From: Andalucia godoyi And28
Lineage: Eukaryota > Protista > Jakobida
DNA: 64,000 nt
Direction of reading: 5' to 3'
NCBI GenBank assembly: GCA_009859145.1
Contig: VRVR01000034.1
Location: 5,305-69,304 of the forward strand
Positions 59,339 through 64,000 of the stretch are shown piece by piece (positions within the stretch are counted from its first letter, which is position 1; each line of letters begins with the position of its first letter). Position numbers and translations under genes: made by a program. Under the pieces are notes generated by a model that was given only the letters and a program-made list of their open reading frames with translations, was not told the origin of the DNA and made no database searches.

Positions 59339-61648
59339 TCAGTTTACTTTCAGTTCCTGTGCAGACAATCCGTTTTGAAGGCTCGCAAATGCTTCGCATA
59401 GCGCCGGGGCGGGGGGATGCGATATGATTCCAGTGACAAGCTGCGTTTCAGGATTCCGAACCATGCAACCGGAGTCGAGCAGGATATGGCCAGTCTCCCA
59501 GTTTTCAACATGCTGGAGGTCTTCGATGACAGCGTCTGTTCCAAAGTAAGCATGGCCAATAACAGGTCCTTGCATACCATGTCCCAAACAGATCACTTGC
59601 ACGCCGCAAATCTCTGCTACATGGACACTTTCGAGGACGAGATTGAAGATGGAGCCCAGCACCTTGTCCACTACTGCAGAGGGATCCACTTCGTTCGGGA
59701 ATGTCCACGCTCCATTCCAGATGACAGGATGCCACGGCGTAATCCACATCCCCTTCAAGTTGATCACCCTCGTCGGCTCATCTCCGAGGACCGTCTCCAC
59801 AAGACAGCGGACGCGTCCACCGTTCGAAAGAACATCGCCTTTTCGGAGGTCTCGAACCCGCTTCACAGTTCCATCAAACATCGCTACAAGAGAATCTCCA
59901 TCAAAACACGGTCCTCTGGAATTATAGTAGGAAGACATGTTGACCGGAACTCTGGATGAGGGGGCCCCGCTTCCTCTGTAATCAGCGCCAGCACGCGCCG
60001 ATGATTGAGGTGGCGGGAGAGCACAGAACAATTTGTCTGCCTTCGCTTGGTATTGCACAAAGGCATCGCCTCCATACAACTGGACGCTTGGGTCCCTGAA
60101 ATTCAGACGCTGCTGCAGTTCGTGAGACCGAACGAGAGAAGGAAGATAGTGGCGTCCCCAGCGTGCATACCAATCTTGCCGCTCAAATGCCTTCTTGACC
60201 TGTCCTTCGCCGGCTTTGCTGCTTTCGACGTCTCGCAGAAAATGGTCTGCAGGCCCACCAAGCGCTTTGAGTTCGGACACTAGAAGGGGCAGCTCAACAG
60301 ACGCCGCGTCCATATTCGGGATGGCTCGTGAGACACGATCAATAAACAGCATCCTTGCTTTCTGGGAAACGAAGCCATTACTGTTTTCATCCATTTCAGC
60401 AGAAATTCCGTCACCATGAGCGTCTCCCTGAACAGAACTAAAGTTGTTGGCATCGATGCAGATGCACTTCGAAAACCCGTGCAAATCAGCCAGTGTGAGC
60501 TGGACTTGCGATGCATGTTCGCCAATCGGCACGAACAAATCTCTGGACTGTCCGTATTGCACCATGGAAACGTAGAATTCCTGATCGCTCGGCGAAGCCC
60601 CATCGGCTGAACCAGCAGTCAGCCGGAGACCTTGAGAATACGTTGCAAGGGCGGTGCTGGCGAAATTCACAAAGACGGTCCCCACCATGGAGCTGTCTGG
60701 GATGTATCCAAACGTTCCACCGCCAAGATGGGCAATATTGGAGAGCAGCTGGCTGTCAAGGTCGTATCCAAAGCCGAATGTGTGCAAGGATCCATCAAAT
60801 TTGTGCTCTGCCAGGCACGATTCAAGAGTGGGAACAATCCCTCGAGGAGGATCCATGTTCGACTCTCCATCGGTGAACATCACAATTGTACAAGGCAATG
60901 CGGCAACCGAGGCTGTCCTGCTTGCCAGCTCCAAGGAGACTCGCAATCCATCCCAGATGTTGGTCGATCCTTCGGTCTGCAACGCCATCAGCGCTTGCTT
61001 TGCGCGTGCCTTTCCATTACCCTGGACACGCATCATCGGAAGAACCACCTGTGCATCCGACGAAAACTTCACAATCGCCAGCGAATCTTCATCATCGAGT
61101 GTTTCGATAATTGTGTTCACCGAATGCTTCACAATGTCCAGTCTCGTAAGTTGGTCGGACTCCTTGCTGCTCTGAATCGATGCATCTGTGTCCATTGACC
61201 CGGATACATCGAGCACGCAAATCAGCTGAAGCGGTCGCTTTGGACCCGCAGCAGGTGGCGATATCTTGACATGCGCAAATTTGCTTCCATCAATCTTCTT
61301 GTGAACCCGAGCCACCAAGCCCAGCTCCACACCTAACCGTGCCGACGCAGCAGATGCCCCCGCCGCCACCCCTGCATGAGCTCTCGTTGCCGTCGTTGTC
61401 GCTGCGGATTGCGTCTCGTCTACATTCGCCAACAGAAAAGACTGGATCATGTTCTTGAGTGCGTAATTCGGAACAAGCTGACTTGCCATCATTGGAATCC
61501 GCGTGATGGGCGAGTCGTGGTGCCCCTGCAGCCATTGTTCAATCGCAGGCCGTTCGTACGTCTGGCCATCAGGTCCAATCACCGGATCCTTCATCACAGA
61601 TTTCGTAATCGGACAAAGAAACTCATCTGGAATCGTAGCCGTAGACAT
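59339..61648 (-). CDS. U-box - VWA - Vwaint - Vint (Hint) domain protein
   Basis: U-box DEFLCPITKSVMKDPV...GQTYERPAIEQWL...SPITR; VWA MIDAS VLDVSGSM, GSTNIWDGL, MFTDGE, TFGFG; Vwaint GRHYLPSLVRSHELQ; Hint PCFDGDSLVAM (Cys581 at 59908-59906), ITPWHPV, FNLVL, CLGHG...HAYFGT. Confidence 0.92.
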   Translation of the reverse strand: MSTATIPDEFLCPITKSVMKDPVIGPDGQTYERPAIEQWLQGHHDSPITRIPMMASQLVPNYALKNMIQSFLLANVDETQSAATTTATRAHAGVAAGASAASARLGVELGLVARVHKKIDGSKFAHVKISPPAAGPKRPLQLICVLDVSGSMDTDASIQSSKESDQLTRLDIVKHSVNTIIETLDDEDSLAIVKFSSDAQVVLPMMRVQGNGKARAKQALMALQTEGSTNIWDGLRVSLELASRTASVAALPCTIVMFTDGESNMDPPRGIVPTLESCLAEHKFDGSLHTFGFGYDLDSQLLSNIAHLGGGTFGYIPDSSMVGTVFVNFASTALATYSQGLRLTAGSADGASPSDQEFYVSMVQYGQSRDLFVPIGEHASQVQLTLADLHGFSKCICIDANNFSSVQGDAHGDGISAEMDENSNGFVSQKARMLFIDRVSRAIPNMDAASVELPLLVSELKALGGPADHFLRDVESSKAGEGQVKKAFERQDWYARWGRHYLPSLVRSHELQQRLNFRDPSVQLYGGDAFVQYQAKADKLFCALPPPQSSARAGADYRGSGAPSSRVPVNMSSYYNSRGPCFDGDSLVAMFDGTVKRVRDLRKGDVLSNGGRVRCLVETVLGDEPTRVINLKGMWITPWHPVIWNGAWTFPNEVDPSAVVDKVLGSIFNLVLESVHVAEICGVQVICLGHGMQGPVIGHAYFGTDAVIEDLQHVENWETGHILLDSGCMVRNPETQLVTGIISHPPAPALCEAFASLQNGLSAQELKVN

Positions 61649-62147
61649 GTCTCTCTTGTTGCTGCGGGGTTTATTTTCTCGGGGAGAGGAATGGGGAAGA
61701 AAAACAGATTAACAGAATGCGACCAACAAAAAAAGCATGCACCAGAAAACGAAATGAATGAAACACAAAAAAAAAAAATTGAGATTTCTGTGAAATACTT
61801 TAAATAAATAGATTTCTGCTCAGACATGTCAGTGCGCCGAAAGCATGTCAATGTGATTCGAACCTTTTCGTGATTCGGTGCGAACTCGACCCAATATGAA
61901 GCCTCAAAGCCTCAATCGGGAAGGAAGAAATATACCCGGGAAAAAAAACAAGGCGGTTGTAGTTGGGGAAATTGCCGTCGTCGATTTCATCCTTTCTCTT
62001 AAACATGTAGTTGCTGGTTATTGGTTATTGGTTGTTGGCTGTTTTGATTATTGGGCTATTTGCTTGGCATTGTTTTGTTTGTTTGAGGTTTTTTTTTTTT
62101 TTTTCATTATTTTAAATAATTTTACGGTACCGGTTTTTGAGCGCGCG

Positions 62148-63224
62148 ATGAGCACGAATACGGCGATTTTGCCATCCGATAATTATCTGGGCCTTTCGTT
62201 CAACCAGGACAAGTCCTGTCTTGCGTGTGCGACCGCTCGTGGAATTGAGATTTTCACATGCAATCCGTTTCAAAAGGCCTTTGAGACGTCGGATGGTGGT
62301 CGGTGTATTGTGGAGATGCTGTATCAAACATCTCTTTTGGCGACTGTTGGTTCTGGATCACACCCCTCATTGTCGCCGTTTAAGCTTCAATTGTATAATT
62401 CGGCAGATCATGCGCAGATCTGCGAGCTGTCGTTCACCAGTCCAGTGCTTGGAGCGCGCGTTACGCAGAAGCGACTTGTGGTTATTTTGCGAACCAAGAT
62501 TCACATCTTTGATATCTCGACAATGAAGATTCTGCGGACCGTCGATATTGACGACAATCCTCTTGGGCTGTGTGCGGTTTCGTATGGAGAGGACTCGTGC
62601 GTCCTTGCGTTTCCTCGGTCGTGCGCCTCGGGAGATGTGATCATCTTTGATGCACTTCATCTGCATCCTGTCAGCGTCGTGAAGGCCCACAAATCATCTA
62701 TTGGCTTTCTGCAGTTCAACGAGTTTGGGACCATGCTTGCGACTTGTTCGGAAAAGGGAACTTTGATAAGAGTGTTTTCCATTCCAAATGGCGAAATGCT
62801 GCACTCTTTTCGGCGAGGATCGTATCCAACAAAAATATACTCCGTTTCGTTCAACTCAAATTCGGATCTGCTTGCAGTAAGTTCCGCTACAGGAACTGTA
62901 CATATCTACAAATTAAGCCCGGAAAAAAGAGTGAGGGCGACAGATGCACAGCTTGCAGCCCAAGAAGATGCGCAGCCGCCTGCAAAGGGACTTGGATCCG
63001 CCATCCAAGGAGCGGTCAGCGGTCTTTGGGATGCATTTGACTCGGAACGCGACCTGGCACACTTCAAAGTACCGTTCCAGCAATTTCATGTGGTGGCGAT
63101 CGGACCAGACGATACCAAAGTATATGTCGTTGGGAAAGAGGGTGTCGTTGTAGTTCATGGACTTGATCCCGTCAAGGGCGGTGAGTGCCCGTGCTTGCAA
63201 GAATACGATCTCACACAACTCTAA
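62148..63224 (+). CDS. ATG18: PROPPIN, ATG18/WIPI1-2-type
   Basis: SFNQDKSCLA, IVEMLYQTSLLATVG, ICELSFTSPVL, AHKSSI, ATCSEKGTLIRVF, SFRRGSYP, SSATGTVHIYKL, ERDLAH. ATG at 62148. Confidence 0.92.
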   Translation: MSTNTAILPSDNYLGLSFNQDKSCLACATARGIEIFTCNPFQKAFETSDGGRCIVEMLYQTSLLATVGSGSHPSLSPFKLQLYNSADHAQICELSFTSPVLGARVTQKRLVVILRTKIHIFDISTMKILRTVDIDDNPLGLCAVSYGEDSCVLAFPRSCASGDVIIFDALHLHPVSVVKAHKSSIGFLQFNEFGTMLATCSEKGTLIRVFSIPNGEMLHSFRRGSYPTKIYSVSFNSNSDLLAVSSATGTVHIYKLSPEKRVRATDAQLAAQEDAQPPAKGLGSAIQGAVSGLWDAFDSERDLAHFKVPFQQFHVVAIGPDDTKVYVVGKEGVVVVHGLDPVKGGECPCLQEYDLTQL

Positions 63225-63961
63225 ATACACGTCCATCAGATTCCTATCCGCGCAGCCATGCCTCCATCCACCCATCCATCCATGTACATTCATTTGCTAC
63301 ATTTCCGCCCTTACCTCCCATGGACCGACCTTTTTAATTGGTCTTGTCGAGCAGATAAAAAAAAATCAGGTCTAGAAACGCGATGTGTGCAAAACGGATG
63401 TAGTGTTAATTGCATGCGCAGGCGAAGGGCGACTGGACGACTGTCGCAGAAAAACAGACGCAACTCGACCGAAAGCCAGCCCAGCCCGTGGCGGAAAGAC
63501 GTGCCATATGACGCACCTGCAGAGGGCGGAGAATGAGATGGCTGTCATTTATGCCGCACGCACGGTGGAGCAACGAAATTTTTTAAAATTCGAACTACAG
63601 GGGTGGAACTCACTGAGTACATTATGCTATCAAGAAGCGCGCGCAACTGCACTTGATCCGGGGTGTCTGCCAGAAAGCACGCATGGCATGGCTCCTTCTC
63701 GCGACATCCCCCCTCCCCGGAACCCAACCATGCACGTCTCCTCCAGGAGCCGCGCCCGCCCAACCTTTTGGGGCGTGGAAGCCTTCTTCTCCAAGATCCA
63801 TAGCATCAATTGCAAGCTTCAATCCCGAAAACTCAAAAGGCAACGGACAATTTTTTCACCGACCCTTCCTTTCCTTCTCAACAGCTTTGCGCCCATAGAT
63901 GATCTGTTTTCATAAATAATGATACTGGAAATTCAATATTTTATAATTCATATTTTATTTT

Positions 63962-63963
<2 letters not shown>

Positions 63964-64000
<37 letters not shown>
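63964..64000. repeat. (TA)n run at the window end
   Basis: Direct; may mark an assembly break. Confidence 0.9.

Noticed and set aside
1-64000. tRNA, rRNA, CRISPR arrays, retroelements, alternative genetic code
   Set aside because: No cloverleaf, rRNA, repeat-spacer or RT/integrase motifs were seen. Conserved genes end at TAA, TAG or TGA where expected.

Overview
Compact, gene-dense, intron-poor nuclear DNA from a eukaryote, most likely a protist; the taxon cannot be fixed from this window alone. It holds about 30 protein-coding genes, mostly in head-to-head pairs. Confident calls are MGM101, two PROPPINs (WIPI3/4-type and ATG18/WIPI1-2-type), USP7, PIG-L, PPPDE-PUL, ATG16L1, PLAC8, GID4, ATE1, PABP, NOP58, LUC7, PRMT5, DIM1, a mitochondrial carrier, an SLC17-type MFS, CBS, RCC1, ankyrin, BRCT, S41 peptidase and a U-box-VWA-Vint (Hint) protein. 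Only four introns were resolved, all with GTATGT donors. Highlights: (1) an IS607-type element with an intact serine-recombinase TnpA overprinted by a decayed, RuvC-less Fanzor2/TnpB gene; (2) an ATE1 arginyltransferase with an internal insertion resembling the tRNA-Arg-binding N-terminal (Add1) domain of arginyl-tRNA synthetase; (3) an intronic C/D snoRNA in PABP (SNORD29/snR71-type guide) and a divergent U14-like snoRNA; (4) a three-copy degenerate dispersed repeat of unknown origin; (5) long pure microsatellites next to start codons. All family calls come from motif recognition by eye; no searches were run.
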